Shown here: in pieces, positions 17,925 to 27,570 of the stretch
How the letters are laid out: every line of letters begins with the position of its first letter
Numbering within the stretch: the first letter of the stretch is position 1
Assembly: GCA_963697335.1 (NCBI GenBank)
Contig: CAVONQ010000016.1
Coordinates: 1-64,000 of the forward strand
From: an uncultured cyanobacterium
Lineage (GTDB): Bacteria > Cyanobacteriota > Cyanobacteriia > PCC-6307 > Cyanobiaceae
Reading direction: 5' to 3'
Length of the DNA stretch: 64,000 nt
Notes under the pieces: generated by a model
Told to the model about the DNA's origin: nothing
Database searches by the model: none
What the model saw: the letters and a program-made list of their open reading frames with translations, nothing else
Translations under genes and position numbers: made by a program

Positions 17925-19183
17925 GGCCTGGCCCACCCGTGGGGCCAGACCAGCTGGAGGCGGCCTGGCGCCGCGGCGAGCTGGTGGCCCTGGCTGGCCC
18001 CCAGGAGCAGCCCGCCCTTGCCCAGGCGCTCGGTGCGGGGGGAGTGGGGCAGCTGCAGCAGCTGGCGGAGCGCTGGGGCCCGGGCGTGGTGCTGGGCAGC
18101 GGCGGCAGCAGTGGCCGGCGGCGCTGGTGCCTGCAACCCCTCGCCCACCTGGAGGCCTCGGCCGCAGCTACGGGCCTCTGGCTGCAGGCGATCGGCCTCG
18201 ATCCCGCCGCCTGCGTGCACCTCAACCCCCTGCCCACGCACCACGTGAGTGGCCTGCTGCCCTGGCTGCGCTCGCGCCGCTGGGGCTGCGCCCACCGGCC
18301 GATTCCCCCGGCGCTGATGCGCGAACCCCAGGCCCTGGCCGCCCAGCTGCCGATCGCGCCGCAGTCGCTGGTCCTGTTGTCGCTGGTGCCCACCCAGCTG
18401 GCCCGTCTGCTGGCTGACCCCGCCGGGCTGGCCTGGCTGCAGCGCCTGGCGCTGATCTGGGTGGGGGGCGCTCCGCTGCCGCCGGCCCTGGCCCAGCAGG
18501 CCCGCCAGGCCGGCCTGCGGCTGGCCCCCTGCTACGGCACCACCGAGACCGCCGCCATGGTCACCGCCCTCGATCCCGAGGCCTTCCTGGCCGGGATTCC
18601 TGGCTGTGGCCCGCCCCTGGAGGGGGTGGAGCTGCGCCTGGCGGCGGAGGGCGGCGCCCTGGAGGTGCTCTGCGCCAGGCTCAGCCCGGGTTATGTGGGC
18701 GACGGCGCCCTGCAGCCGCTGCCGCTGGCGCCGGGGGGCTGGTGGCCCAGCGGCGATGCCGCTCGGCTCAGTGGGGATGGGCTGCAGCTGCTTGGGCGGC
18801 TGGATGGCGCCATTCACAGCGGCGGCGAAACGGTGTTTCCCGAACAGCTGGAGGGGAGGTTGCGGGCCCTCGCCGCCAGCCAGGGCCTGCCGCTGGGGGA
18901 GGTGCTGCTGCTGGGGGTGGACGATCCGCTCTGGGGCCAGCGCCTGGTGGCCCTGGTGCGGGCTCAGCCCACCGCCAAGGACGAGGAGCTGGTGGCCCAG
19001 CTGCAGGCCGCCGTGGCCGACTGGCCCCCCGCCGAGCGGCCCCGAACCTGGCTGCCCTGCCCCACGCTGGCACCAACAGCCCTGGGGAAGTGGCCCCGGG
19101 CCCGTTGGCAGCGTTGGCTCGAATCGCTAGAAGCAGGGGACGACCCCATCACCTGCCCACCACGCAATGACCACCCTGAGTGA
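17921..19183 (+). CDS. menE: o-succinylbenzoate-CoA ligase
   Basis: SGGSSG, LSLVPTQL, YGTTET, SGD, GRLD..IHSGGE.VFPE; GTG overlaps the menC stop. Confidence 0.85.
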   Translation: MRPGPPVGPDQLEAAWRRGELVALAGPQEQPALAQALGAGGVGQLQQLAERWGPGVVLGSGGSSGRRRWCLQPLAHLEASAAATGLWLQAIGLDPAACVHLNPLPTHHVSGLLPWLRSRRWGCAHRPIPPALMREPQALAAQLPIAPQSLVLLSLVPTQLARLLADPAGLAWLQRLALIWVGGAPLPPALAQQARQAGLRLAPCYGTTETAAMVTALDPEAFLAGIPGCGPPLEGVELRLAAEGGALEVLCARLSPGYVGDGALQPLPLAPGGWWPSGDAARLSGDGLQLLGRLDGAIHSGGETVFPEQLEGRLRALAASQGLPLGEVLLLGVDDPLWGQRLVALVRAQPTAKDEELVAQLQAAVADWPPAERPRTWLPCPTLAPTALGKWPRARWQRWLESLEAGDDPITCPPRNDHPE

Positions 19184-19445
19184 CACCGAACTGAGCAACA
19201 AGAAACTGGCTGCGGGCCTCACCGGAATCTTCCTGGGGGCCTTTGGCGTGCATAAGTTCATCCTGGGCTACACCAAAGCCGGCATCATCATGCTCGTGGT
19301 GTCGCTGGCCGGCGGTGTGGTCACCTGTGGCATCGCCAGCTTCGTGATGGGGGTGATTGGCCTGATCGAGGGGATCCTCTATCTCACCAAGACCAACGAG
19401 GAGTTCCAGGTCACCTACATCGATGCCGTCAAGGACTGGTTCTGA
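19167..19445 (+). CDS. TM2 domain membrane protein
   Basis: KKLAAGLTGIFLGAFGVHKFILGY. Confidence 0.9.
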   Translation: MTTLSDTELSNKKLAAGLTGIFLGAFGVHKFILGYTKAGIIMLVVSLAGGVVTCGIASFVMGVIGLIEGILYLTKTNEEFQVTYIDAVKDWF

Positions 19446-19660
19446 TGGTGGCCCCAGGCAACCCCGCAAGACGCTTGCCCGGGCTGATCCTGCTCGCAGC
19501 GGCTGGCATCAGCGTTGGGGCCTTTGGCTCCATTCCCCAGGACGGCTCCCTGCACCTCTTGGCGCTGCTGGCCAGCCTGCTGCCCCTGCAGCTTGCCGCC
19601 CTGTACTGGGCTACAGCGGCTGCACCCCCCCCAGGCTCGAGGCCTCCAGCCAGCGGTTGA
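19445..19660 (+). CDS. Small hypothetical membrane protein
   Basis: Start overlaps the TM2 stop (TGATG); two hydrophobic segments. Confidence 0.45.
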   Translation: MVAPGNPARRLPGLILLAAAGISVGAFGSIPQDGSLHLLALLASLLPLQLAALYWATAAAPPPGSRPPASG

Positions 19661-20057
19661 GCGCCGCCGGCAGGGTGCAGCGCCGTCGGCTGCTGGCCTC
19701 GATCGCCAGGTGGCGGGTGAGGGCCTCGGCCACGGCGGCGCCCTCGCAACTGAAGCCGTAGTGCACGCTGAAGCTGCTCGGATCGAGGCGCTGGGGCTTC
19801 AAGTTCAGGCTCAGCCCATCACCGCACGCCAGGGGCCGCAGGAAATCGGCCCGGCAGTGCACAATCGGCAGAGCGACCGCCAGGTTGCTCCCTGGAGTGG
19901 GGAAAACCTCCTTCGCCGCCACCCCGAAGCGCTCCAGACTTTCCTCATAGGCCTCGTGGCACCAGCCCAGCAGGCGGTGGAAGTGCATCACCCCGGCGGC
20001 GTCGGTGTCCCCGAAGCGCACGCTGCGGCTGAGCTGCAACCAATGGGAAGGATCCAT
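19611..20057 (-). CDS. Hotdog-fold thioesterase, probably DHNA-CoA thioesterase
   Basis: VRFGDTDAAGVMHF...HEAYE, LPIVHC.ADF..PL; next to the men genes. Confidence 0.85.
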   Translation of the reverse strand: MDPSHWLQLSRSVRFGDTDAAGVMHFHRLLGWCHEAYEESLERFGVAAKEVFPTPGSNLAVALPIVHCRADFLRPLACGDGLSLNLKPQRLDPSSFSVHYGFSCEGAAVAEALTRHLAIEASSRRRCTLPAALNRWLEASSLGGVQPL

Positions 20058-20128
20058 GACGCCGGGCGCTGGTCACACCTGCGTTTTAGTCCCGCCTGGG
20101 GTTCGTACAGTCCCCCCAGTGCGCCCCC

Positions 20129-20822
20129 ATGTCCTTGGCCTCCCCCGCCGCCACCGAACAGCCCACCCTGAACCGGGCCTGGCAAGCCTTCCTGGCCCAT
20201 GTGCCCACCATGCTGCTGATCTGGGTCACCACGGCGGTGATCAGCGCAGTGGGGCTGGCGATCTACCTCGGGGTCAACCTGATCGTGTTCGCGGTGGCCG
20301 GTGGCGAGAACATGTCCGATGCCGCTTCTGTGACGGCGCTGGCCGTGGGCCAGCTGGGTCAGCTGCCCTTCTCGATCCTCTCCAGCCTGGTGGGGGTGCT
20401 GTTCACCGCCGTACCGGCCCTCCACTACGCCACTGGAGAGACCATCGGCATCGAGGCGGCGTTCCGGGCCCTGTGGGCCCGCCCCTGGCGCTATCTGCTG
20501 GCGGGGTTGCTCTTCAGCCTCGCCGTGGTGATCGGCTTGCTGCTGTGCGTGTTGCCCGGAATTGCGGTGGCGCTCGTGATGCCCGTGTACGTCAACAAGG
20601 TGTTCAACACCGATCTGCCGGTGCCCGATGCTCTGCGGGACTTCGTTTCAGGCGGTCTACCGCTGCCAGCGGGGCTGGGAGTTTGTCGGGATCGAAATCC
20701 TCACGGGCCTGGTCGTCGGCGTCGTGTCAGTGGCCACCTGTGGCCTGGGTGCCCTGGTGGCGGTTCCCGTGTCCAGCTTCTACATCCAGAACGTGGCCTA
20801 CCACCGGGGTGTGCTGAGCTGA
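20129..20822 (+). pseudogene. Integral membrane protein with a +1 frameshift (or sequencing indel) at the GGG run 20636-20638
   Basis: Removing one G from CTGCGGGACTTCG joins ...PDALR to TSFQAVYR...VATCGLGALVAVPVSSFY...GVLS. Confidence 0.65.
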
Positions 20823-20832
20823 GCGGCGCCCT

Positions 20833-21228
20833 TCATGGAGAGGGGAAGGCCGCGATCCCCAGGCGGTAGTGCAGTGCCATCCGCACCCCCCAGTAGCCCA
20901 GCAGCAGGGCGATGCCGGTGGCGCCCTGCCAGGGTCTGAGCCGGAAACCTCCAGGCCAGAGCCGCCTGCGGCGGATCGCCTGCACGGACCACACCACCAG
21001 GGCTCCTGCCAAGAGCGGTCCGAAGGCGTGCTGCGCCAGGGCCCCGGACCAGTCCCCCTGCAGGCTGGAGCTGGTGGCGCGGGTGAGGAAGCAGGTGGGG
21101 CAGGGGAGGCCGGTGAGGGCGCGCAGCGGGCAGGGCCAGCCGGGCAGGGCGGAATGGAGGCCCTTGAACCAGAGGTAGCCGGTGAGCCCGGCTGGCAGGA
21201 GAAAACCGGCCCGTTGCAGTTGCCTCAG
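20833..21228 (-). CDS. DUF2752 family membrane protein (not in ORF track; no ATG/GTG/TTG at the 5' end, CTG start assumed)
   Basis: YLWFKGLH..LPGWPCPLRALTGLPCPTCFLTRAT...HAFGP. Confidence 0.8.
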   Translation of the reverse strand: MRQLQRAGFLLPAGLTGYLWFKGLHSALPGWPCPLRALTGLPCPTCFLTRATSSSLQGDWSGALAQHAFGPLLAGALVVWSVQAIRRRRLWPGGFRLRPWQGATGIALLLGYWGVRMALHYRLGIAAFPSP

Positions 21229-21262
21229 GAAGCCGCGGCGTGGGCTTCGGGGAGCTCCGAGC

Positions 21263-22447
21263 TCAGCGATCGACCGATCCCATGATCACGTCGATCGAGC
21301 CGAGGATGGCCATGATGTCGGCCACCTTGGCGCCCTTGAGGATGTGGGGCAGGATCTGCAGGTTGTTCTGGTCGGCGGCACGGATCTTGAAGCGCCAGGG
21401 GGTGACATCGTCGTTGCCCTGGATGAACACGCCGATCTCACCTTTGCCGGATTCCAGCCGGGTGTAGAGCTCGCCGGAGGGGATCTTGAAGGTTGGGGCC
21501 ACCTTCTTGGCCACGTACTGGTAGTCGAAGCCGCTGGCCTCGCCGCCCTTGCCCTCGGCCATGCGCTTGGCCTCCAGGTTTTCGGTGGGGCCGCCGGGGA
21601 TCATGGTGCAGGCCTGGCGCAGGATCTTCAGCGACTCGCGCATCTCCTGCACGCGCACCCGGTAGCGCGCGAAGCAGTCACCCTCCTGGGCCGTCACCAC
21701 GGACCAGTCGAAGTCGTCGTAGCACTCGTAGTGATCCACCTTGCGCAGGTCCCAGGGCACGCCGGAGGCCCGCAGCATCGGCCCCGAGAGGCTCCAGTTG
21801 ATGGCCTGGTCACGGGTGATCGTGCCCAGCCCCTCGATCCGCTTGCGGAAGATCGGGTTGTTGGTGATCAGCTTCTCGTATTCGTCGATCTTGGGGCCGA
21901 ACCAGTCGCAGAAGTCGAGGCACTTCTCCAACCAGCCGTAGGGCAGATCGGCGGCCACTCCGCCGATGCGGAAGTAGTTGTTGTTGATCAGCCGCTGGCC
22001 GGTAGCCGCTTCCCAGAGGTCGTAGATCATCTCCCGCTCGCGGAAGATGTAGAAGAACGGCGTCTGGGCGCCCACGTCCGCCAGGAACGGGCCAAGCCAG
22101 AGCAGGTGGTTGGCGATGCGGTTGAGCTCCAGCATCAGCACCCGGATGTAGCTGGCGCGCCGGGGCACCGGCACATTGGCCAGCCGTTCAGGGGCATTGA
22201 CCACGATCGCCTCGTAGAACATGCCGGCCGCATAGTCCATGCGGCTCACATAGGGCACGAACATCACGTTCGTGCGGTTCTCGGCGATCTTCTCCATGCC
22301 GCGGTGCAGGTAGCCGATCACCGGCTCGCAGTCCACCACGTCCTCGCCGTCGAGGGTCACCACCAGCCGCAACACCCCGTGCATCGAAGGGTGATGGGGG
22401 CCGAAGTTGACCACCATCGGCTCCGTGCGCGTTTCCAGCTGCGTCAT
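21263..22447 (-). CDS. ndhH: NAD(P)H-quinone oxidoreductase subunit H
   Basis: [29 protein letters not shown]. Confidence 0.98.
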   Translation of the reverse strand: MTQLETRTEPMVVNFGPHHPSMHGVLRLVVTLDGEDVVDCEPVIGYLHRGMEKIAENRTNVMFVPYVSRMDYAAGMFYEAIVVNAPERLANVPVPRRASYIRVLMLELNRIANHLLWLGPFLADVGAQTPFFYIFREREMIYDLWEAATGQRLINNNYFRIGGVAADLPYGWLEKCLDFCDWFGPKIDEYEKLITNNPIFRKRIEGLGTITRDQAINWSLSGPMLRASGVPWDLRKVDHYECYDDFDWSVVTAQEGDCFARYRVRVQEMRESLKILRQACTMIPGGPTENLEAKRMAEGKGGEASGFDYQYVAKKVAPTFKIPSGELYTRLESGKGEIGVFIQGNDDVTPWRFKIRAADQNNLQILPHILKGAKVADIMAILGSIDVIMGSVDR

Positions 22448-22490
22448 GGGGCCGGGGGGCTGAGGAAGAGTGTTGGGATCTTAGGAAGGT

Positions 22491-23435
22491 TTGGCGCCCC
22501 GCTTTGTTCCCCTGCCACCTGATCTGCCCGCCGATCCGCCCGGTTTCGAGCACCGGCCCGTGCTGGCCGCAGAGGTGCTGGCGGGCTTCGAGCCCCTGGG
22601 GGAGCTGCTGCTGCAGCACTCCGGTGGCGGCCTGCTGATCGACTGCACCCTCGGCGGCGGTGGCCACAGCGCCCTGCTGCTGGAGGCCCATCCCGGCCTG
22701 CGCCTGATCGGGCTGGACCAGGACCCGAGCGCCCGTGCCGCCGCCGCCGAGCGCCTCGCCCCCTACGGATCCCGGGTGGAGATCGTGGCCACCAACTTCG
22801 CCGACTACCAGCCGCCCGAACCCGCCCTGGCGGTGCTCGCCGATCTCGGCGTCAGCAGTCCCCAGCTGGACGTGGCTGAGCGGGGCTTCAGCTTCCGCGC
22901 TGAGGGTCCCCTCGACATGCGCATGAACCCCGGCAGCGGTGAGACTGCCGCCGCCCTGCTGGATCGCCTGGAGGAGGGCGCCCTGGCGGACCTGATCTAC
23001 GACTACGGCGAGGAGCGGCTGTCGCGGCGCATCGCCCGCAGGATCAAAGAGCAGGGCCCCTGGGCTGATCCGGAGCAGCCCCGCACCACCGCCGAGCTGG
23101 CCTGGCTGGTGGGGGGCTGCTACCCGCCGGCGGCCCGCCGGGGCCGGCTGCATCCGGCGACCCGCACCTTTCAGGCCCTGCGCATCGCGGTGAATGATGA
23201 GCTCGGGGTGCTCGAGCGCTGGCTGGAGCAGGTGCCCCATTGGCTGCTGCCCGGAGGGCTGCTGGCGGTGATCAGTTTTCATTCCCTCGAAGACCGCCGG
23301 GTCAAGACGGCCTTCCGCAGTGATCCGCTGCTGGAGCGGATCAGCCGCAAGCCGCTGGTGGCCAGCGCCGAGGAGGCCGAGGCCAATCCCCGCAGCCGCT
23401 CGGCCAAGGCCCGCCTGGCGCGCCGGCGGCCATGA
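22491..23435 (+). CDS. rsmH: 16S rRNA m4C1402 methyltransferase
   Basis: [49 protein letters not shown]. Confidence 0.96.
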   Translation: MAPRFVPLPPDLPADPPGFEHRPVLAAEVLAGFEPLGELLLQHSGGGLLIDCTLGGGGHSALLLEAHPGLRLIGLDQDPSARAAAAERLAPYGSRVEIVATNFADYQPPEPALAVLADLGVSSPQLDVAERGFSFRAEGPLDMRMNPGSGETAAALLDRLEEGALADLIYDYGEERLSRRIARRIKEQGPWADPEQPRTTAELAWLVGGCYPPAARRGRLHPATRTFQALRIAVNDELGVLERWLEQVPHWLLPGGLLAVISFHSLEDRRVKTAFRSDPLLERISRKPLVASAEEAEANPRSRSAKARLARRRP

Positions 23436-23998
23436 GCGGGATCACCCTGCCCGAGCTCACGCTCATCGATGGGCTCTGGTGGGCGGCGCTGCTGATCCAG
23501 CTGCTGGCCATTCCCGGCACCCTGCTGCCGCTGTTGCCGGGGCTGGCGCTGCTGCCCGTTGGGGCGGGGCTGTGGGTCTGGGCGGTGGGCTGGAGTGCCG
23601 CCTGGCCCGCCTTCGCCCTCGCCTGCGTGCTGCTGCTGCTGGGCTGGGGCGCCGATGCCCTGGGGCTGGTGCTGGGGCCGGCGCGGCTGAAGGCCACCCG
23701 CTGGGCCTACATCGGTGCCGGCCTCGGCCTGCTGGTGGGGCTGCTGGGCCTGCTGCCGGCCCTGCCCGTGGGCGGTCCGCTGCTGGGGGCCCTGCTGGGC
23801 CCGCTGCTGGGGGCCAGCCTCGGGGAGCTGATCACCGCTCCCACGGCCCTGGGGCCGATCGGGCTGCTGCGGCTGCGACGGTCCCTGGTGGTGGGCCTGG
23901 CGGTGGTGGCCGGGATGCTGGTGAGCAAGGTGGCCCAGGCCCTGCTGGCCCTGCTGGGTGCCGCCGGGTTTGTGCTGCTCACCACCCTGGGGCGCTGA
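23432..23998 (+). CDS. DUF456 family membrane protein
   Basis: [10 protein letters not shown], Gly/Leu-rich TM helices, [11 protein letters not shown]. Confidence 0.75.
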   Translation: MSGITLPELTLIDGLWWAALLIQLLAIPGTLLPLLPGLALLPVGAGLWVWAVGWSAAWPAFALACVLLLLGWGADALGLVLGPARLKATRWAYIGAGLGLLVGLLGLLPALPVGGPLLGALLGPLLGASLGELITAPTALGPIGLLRLRRSLVVGLAVVAGMLVSKVAQALLALLGAAGFVLLTTLGR

Positions 23999-25130
23999 GG
24001 CGCAGCTGGGCCAGGGTCTCCGCCACCACGGTGATGGCCCGCCCGATCTCGGCCGTGTCGCTGCCGCGCCCCAGCCCGAAGCGCACCGAAGCCGCGGCGA
24101 GCTCACGGCTGTGGCCCAGGGCCTTGAGCACGTGGGAGGGAGCGCCCTGGCTGCAGGCCGAGCCGCTGCTCACCGCCAGCTCCCGTCGCAGCAGGCGGTG
24201 CAGGGCCGTGCCGTCCACGCCCTCCACGCTGATGCTGAGGTTGTGGGGCAGCCTGGGCGCCCCGGCGCCATTGCAGTGGATGCCACCCAGGGGTTCGAGC
24301 CCCTGCCAGAGCTGATCGCGCAGCCCCCGGAGCCGCTCGCCCCGTTCCTGCTGATCGGCGACGGCCCGGCTGAGGGCCTCCCCGAGGCCCACCACCAGCG
24401 GCACGGCCACGGTGCCGGCCCGCAGGCCCCCCTCCTGGCCGCCGCCGTGCAGCTGGGCCGCCAGCGCCACCCCCTCGCGCACCAGCAGGGCCCCCACCCC
24501 CTTGGGCCCGTAGCACTTGTGACCGCTGAGGCTGAGCAGATCCACCCCCAGCTCAGCCATCGCCAGGGGGCTGTGGCCCGCGGCCTGGGCGGCGTCCACA
24601 TGCAGCAGCACCCCGTGGCGGCGGCAGTGGGTGGCGATGGCGCTGATCGGCTGCAGCACGCCGATCTCGTTGTTGGCCGCCATCACGGAGGCCAGCAGCA
24701 CATCCGGGCCCAGGGCCGCCGCCAGCACCTCCTCCTGCACCAGGCCGTCGCCATCCACCGGCAGCACCGTGAGCGGGAAGCCATGGCGCTCCAGGTACCG
24801 CAGCGGATCCAGCACGGCCCGGTGTTCGGTGGCCAGGGTCAGCAGCCGCCGCCGCTTGTCGCCCCGGGCCAGGGCGGCCTCGCAGACGCCCTTGAGCGCC
24901 AGGTTGTTGGCCTCGGTGGCGCCGCTGGTGAACACCACACCGCTGGGCTCGGCCCCGAGGGCTGCGGCCACCTGGGCCCGGGCCCGCTCCACGGCCGCGG
25001 CCGCCGCCAGGGACTCGCGGTGCAGGCGGCTGGAGGGGTTGGCGCAGTGCTCCCGCCACCAGGGCTCCATGGCCTGCAGCACCGCCGGATCGCAGGGGGT
25101 GCTGGCGTGGTGGTCGAGATAGGCGAGCAT
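23979..25130 (-). CDS. Cysteine desulfurase (IscS/NifS family)
   Basis: YLDHHAST, FTSGATEANN, HVDAAQ, SGHK.YGPKG, SSGSAC. Confidence 0.93.
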   Translation of the reverse strand: MLAYLDHHASTPCDPAVLQAMEPWWREHCANPSSRLHRESLAAAAAVERARAQVAAALGAEPSGVVFTSGATEANNLALKGVCEAALARGDKRRRLLTLATEHRAVLDPLRYLERHGFPLTVLPVDGDGLVQEEVLAAALGPDVLLASVMAANNEIGVLQPISAIATHCRRHGVLLHVDAAQAAGHSPLAMAELGVDLLSLSGHKCYGPKGVGALLVREGVALAAQLHGGGQEGGLRAGTVAVPLVVGLGEALSRAVADQQERGERLRGLRDQLWQGLEPLGGIHCNGAGAPRLPHNLSISVEGVDGTALHRLLRRELAVSSGSACSQGAPSHVLKALGHSRELAAASVRFGLGRGSDTAEIGRAITVVAETLAQLRLSAPGW

Positions 25131-25150
25131 GGGGGGCCGAGCCGCCCACC

Positions 25151-25675
25151 ATGCTGCCAACGATGTGGGGGCCCTGGTGCCCGCGGGCCCGGGCCGTAGC
25201 CATCTCGCTCGGGGCTCTCCTGGGCAGCGTGGCGCCGGAGCCGGCCCAGGCCCAGACCACGGCGGTGGAGCGGCCGCCGGGCCTGGTGGTGCTGGATGAA
25301 CGGGCCAGGCCGGAGGGGAGGCTGGTGCTTGGGGTCTACGGCCCCAAGCCCGATCCCACCATTCCAGGCCTCTGGCGGATGCAGCTGTGGCGGCAGCTGG
25401 GGGTGGATGTGGCGATCCAGACGGACAGCGTGCGCTGCGGCAGAGACGAGCCGATGTGGATCACCCAGGACGGGGGCCGGCTGGTGATCCGCTCCCTCAA
25501 CCCCGGTGGTGTGATCACGCCTGCCAACCGGGTGGACCACCTGGTGTGGTGGGCTGTGTGCCATCCGGAGCAGGCGGGCCGCGACCCCTCCGAGCTCAAG
25601 GCCACTGCCCTGGAGCTGGGCTACAGCACCACGTTGCGGGAATCCGAGCAGGTGCTGCCTGGACGACCCCGCTGA
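25151..25675 (+). CDS. Conserved hypothetical secreted protein
   Basis: Signal-like N-terminus; LNPGG.IT.ANR.DHLVWWAVC.PE.AG.DP. Confidence 0.6.
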   Translation: MLPTMWGPWCPRARAVAISLGALLGSVAPEPAQAQTTAVERPPGLVVLDERARPEGRLVLGVYGPKPDPTIPGLWRMQLWRQLGVDVAIQTDSVRCGRDEPMWITQDGGRLVIRSLNPGGVITPANRVDHLVWWAVCHPEQAGRDPSELKATALELGYSTTLRESEQVLPGRPR

Positions 25676-25695
25676 GGCTCTGCAGACTGCACGGC

Positions 25696-26463
25696 ATGAG
25701 CACCGATCCCCTCGCCGCGCCCGCCTCTCCTGATGCCGGGCCCGACCCCAGCACCCCCGAGGCCCCGCCGGCCCCGGCACGCCTGCTGCTCGTCGACGAC
25801 GAGCCCGGCCTGCGCACCGCCGTGCAGGCCTACCTCGAGGACGAGGGCTTCGCCGTGACCACCGCCGCCGACGGCGTGGAGGGCTGGGAAAAGGCCCAGG
25901 AGCTGCTGCCCGATGTGGTGATCAGCGACGTGATGATGCCCCGCTGCGATGGCTACGGCCTGCTCAGCAAGCTGCGCGCCGATGAGCGCCTGGGCGGCAC
26001 CCCGGTGATCTTCCTCACCGCCAAGGGCATGACCGCCGATCGCATCGCCGGCTTCCAGGCCGGCTGCGACGACTACATCCCCAAGCCCTTCGATCCCGAC
26101 GAGCTGGTGGCCCGGGTGCGCAATGCCGTGCGCCGCCAGGAGCGGCTGCTGGCTGAGGCCGCCCGCTTCGCCGATGCCGACATCGGCCAGATGGCCAAGC
26201 AGATCACCGAGATCCGCTCGCTGCTGGCCAGCGGTGGCCAGGCGAAGCCATCCCCGGGCACCAGCGACCTGGTGTTCACCCCCCGGGAGGCCTCCGTGCT
26301 GCAGCTGGTGGCGGAGGGGCTGATGAACAAGCAGATCGCCCGGCGGCTGGAAACCTCGATCCGCAACGTGGAGAAGTACGTGAGCCGCCTGTTCATCAAG
26401 ACCGGCACCGCCAGCCGCACCGAGCTGGTGCGCTATGCCCTGGAACATGGCCTGGTGGAGTGA
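25696..26463 (+). CDS. NarL/LuxR-family response regulator (Ycf29-like)
   Basis: LLLVDDEPGLR, SDVMMP, FLTAKG, KPFDP; C-terminal TPRE..VL.LVAEGLMNK HTH. Confidence 0.92.
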   Translation: MSTDPLAAPASPDAGPDPSTPEAPPAPARLLLVDDEPGLRTAVQAYLEDEGFAVTTAADGVEGWEKAQELLPDVVISDVMMPRCDGYGLLSKLRADERLGGTPVIFLTAKGMTADRIAGFQAGCDDYIPKPFDPDELVARVRNAVRRQERLLAEAARFADADIGQMAKQITEIRSLLASGGQAKPSPGTSDLVFTPREASVLQLVAEGLMNKQIARRLETSIRNVEKYVSRLFIKTGTASRTELVRYALEHGLVE

Positions 26464-26484
26464 GGCCTGAAGCGCAGAGCAGCC

Positions 26485-27543
26485 TTGGAAACTAGGGCTG
26501 AACGGCAGACCGGAGAGTGGCTGCCTGCCGCCCTCAACCAGGGGCACGCCTATCGCGACCGGGTCCGACTGGCTGACCTGATCGACCCGTCCGGCCAACC
26601 CCGGGGCCAGCCCAGCCTCAGCTGCTTTTACGCCCGCCGTTACCCCCATTCCTCCCGGGAGGTGTGGCTGCAGCGGCTCGCCGCCGCTGAGATCTGCAGG
26701 AACGGCCAGCGCCTCCAGGCCGATGGGCCCCTTGCTCCGGGGGATCGGCTGGTGTGGCATCGGCCCCCCTGGCAGGAGGCCGCCGTGCCGGGGTTGCCCG
26801 ACCCCTTGTTCGATGACGGCGACCTGCTGGTGATCGACAAGCCCAGCGGTCTGCCGGTGCTGCCGGCCGGGGGCTTCCTGGAGCACACCGTGTTGCGCCT
26901 CCTGGAGCGGCGGGTGGCGGAGGGCCAGCTCGACGCCGCTGCCGGCATGCCCCGCCCGGTTCACCGGCTGGGTCGCTTCACCTCCGGTCTGCTGGCGTGC
27001 GCCCGCCGCCCCGCCACCCGGGCCTGGCTCAGTGCCCTGCTGCGCGACAGCACCGCGGCTGCAACGGGGGGGTGCCGCAAGCTCTACCGCGCCCTCACGG
27101 CTCCCCAGCCCGCCTCGCTGGCCGTGGGGGCCTGCCGGCGGGTCACCACCCCGATCGGTCGGCTTCCGCATCCCCTGCTGGGCCGGATCTGGGGCGCTGG
27201 CGGCAACGGGGCCCTGGCGGCCGAGAGCCGATTCACCCTGCTGGAGCGTCGCGCTGAGGGTTGTCTTGTGGCGGTGCTGATCGCCAGCGGCCGGCCCCAT
27301 CAGATCCGCATCCATGCCGCCGCCATCGCTGCCCCCCTGCTGGGCGATCCCCTCTACCTGCCGGGGGGCGGGGTCCGGCCCACGGTGCTGCCGGGGGAGG
27401 GCGGCTACCAGCTCCACGCCCACCGGCTGTGGCTGCCCCTGCCGGGCGGTGGGGTGCTGGAGCTGGAGGCGCCCCTGCCCCCGCCGCTGCGCTGTTCCGG
27501 TGGTGCGGCGCACCGCTGCGGTGTCGACCCCATGCCAGGGTGA
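26485..27543 (+). CDS. RluA-family pseudouridine synthase
   Basis: IDKPSGLPV, VHRLGRFTSG, GRPHQIRIH, GDPLY. Confidence 0.88.
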   Translation: METRAERQTGEWLPAALNQGHAYRDRVRLADLIDPSGQPRGQPSLSCFYARRYPHSSREVWLQRLAAAEICRNGQRLQADGPLAPGDRLVWHRPPWQEAAVPGLPDPLFDDGDLLVIDKPSGLPVLPAGGFLEHTVLRLLERRVAEGQLDAAAGMPRPVHRLGRFTSGLLACARRPATRAWLSALLRDSTAAATGGCRKLYRALTAPQPASLAVGACRRVTTPIGRLPHPLLGRIWGAGGNGALAAESRFTLLERRAEGCLVAVLIASGRPHQIRIHAAAIAAPLLGDPLYLPGGGVRPTVLPGEGGYQLHAHRLWLPLPGGGVLELEAPLPPPLRCSGGAAHRCGVDPMPG

Positions 27544-27570
27544 GCCCCCGGCTGTTCCCGACGCCAGGCC

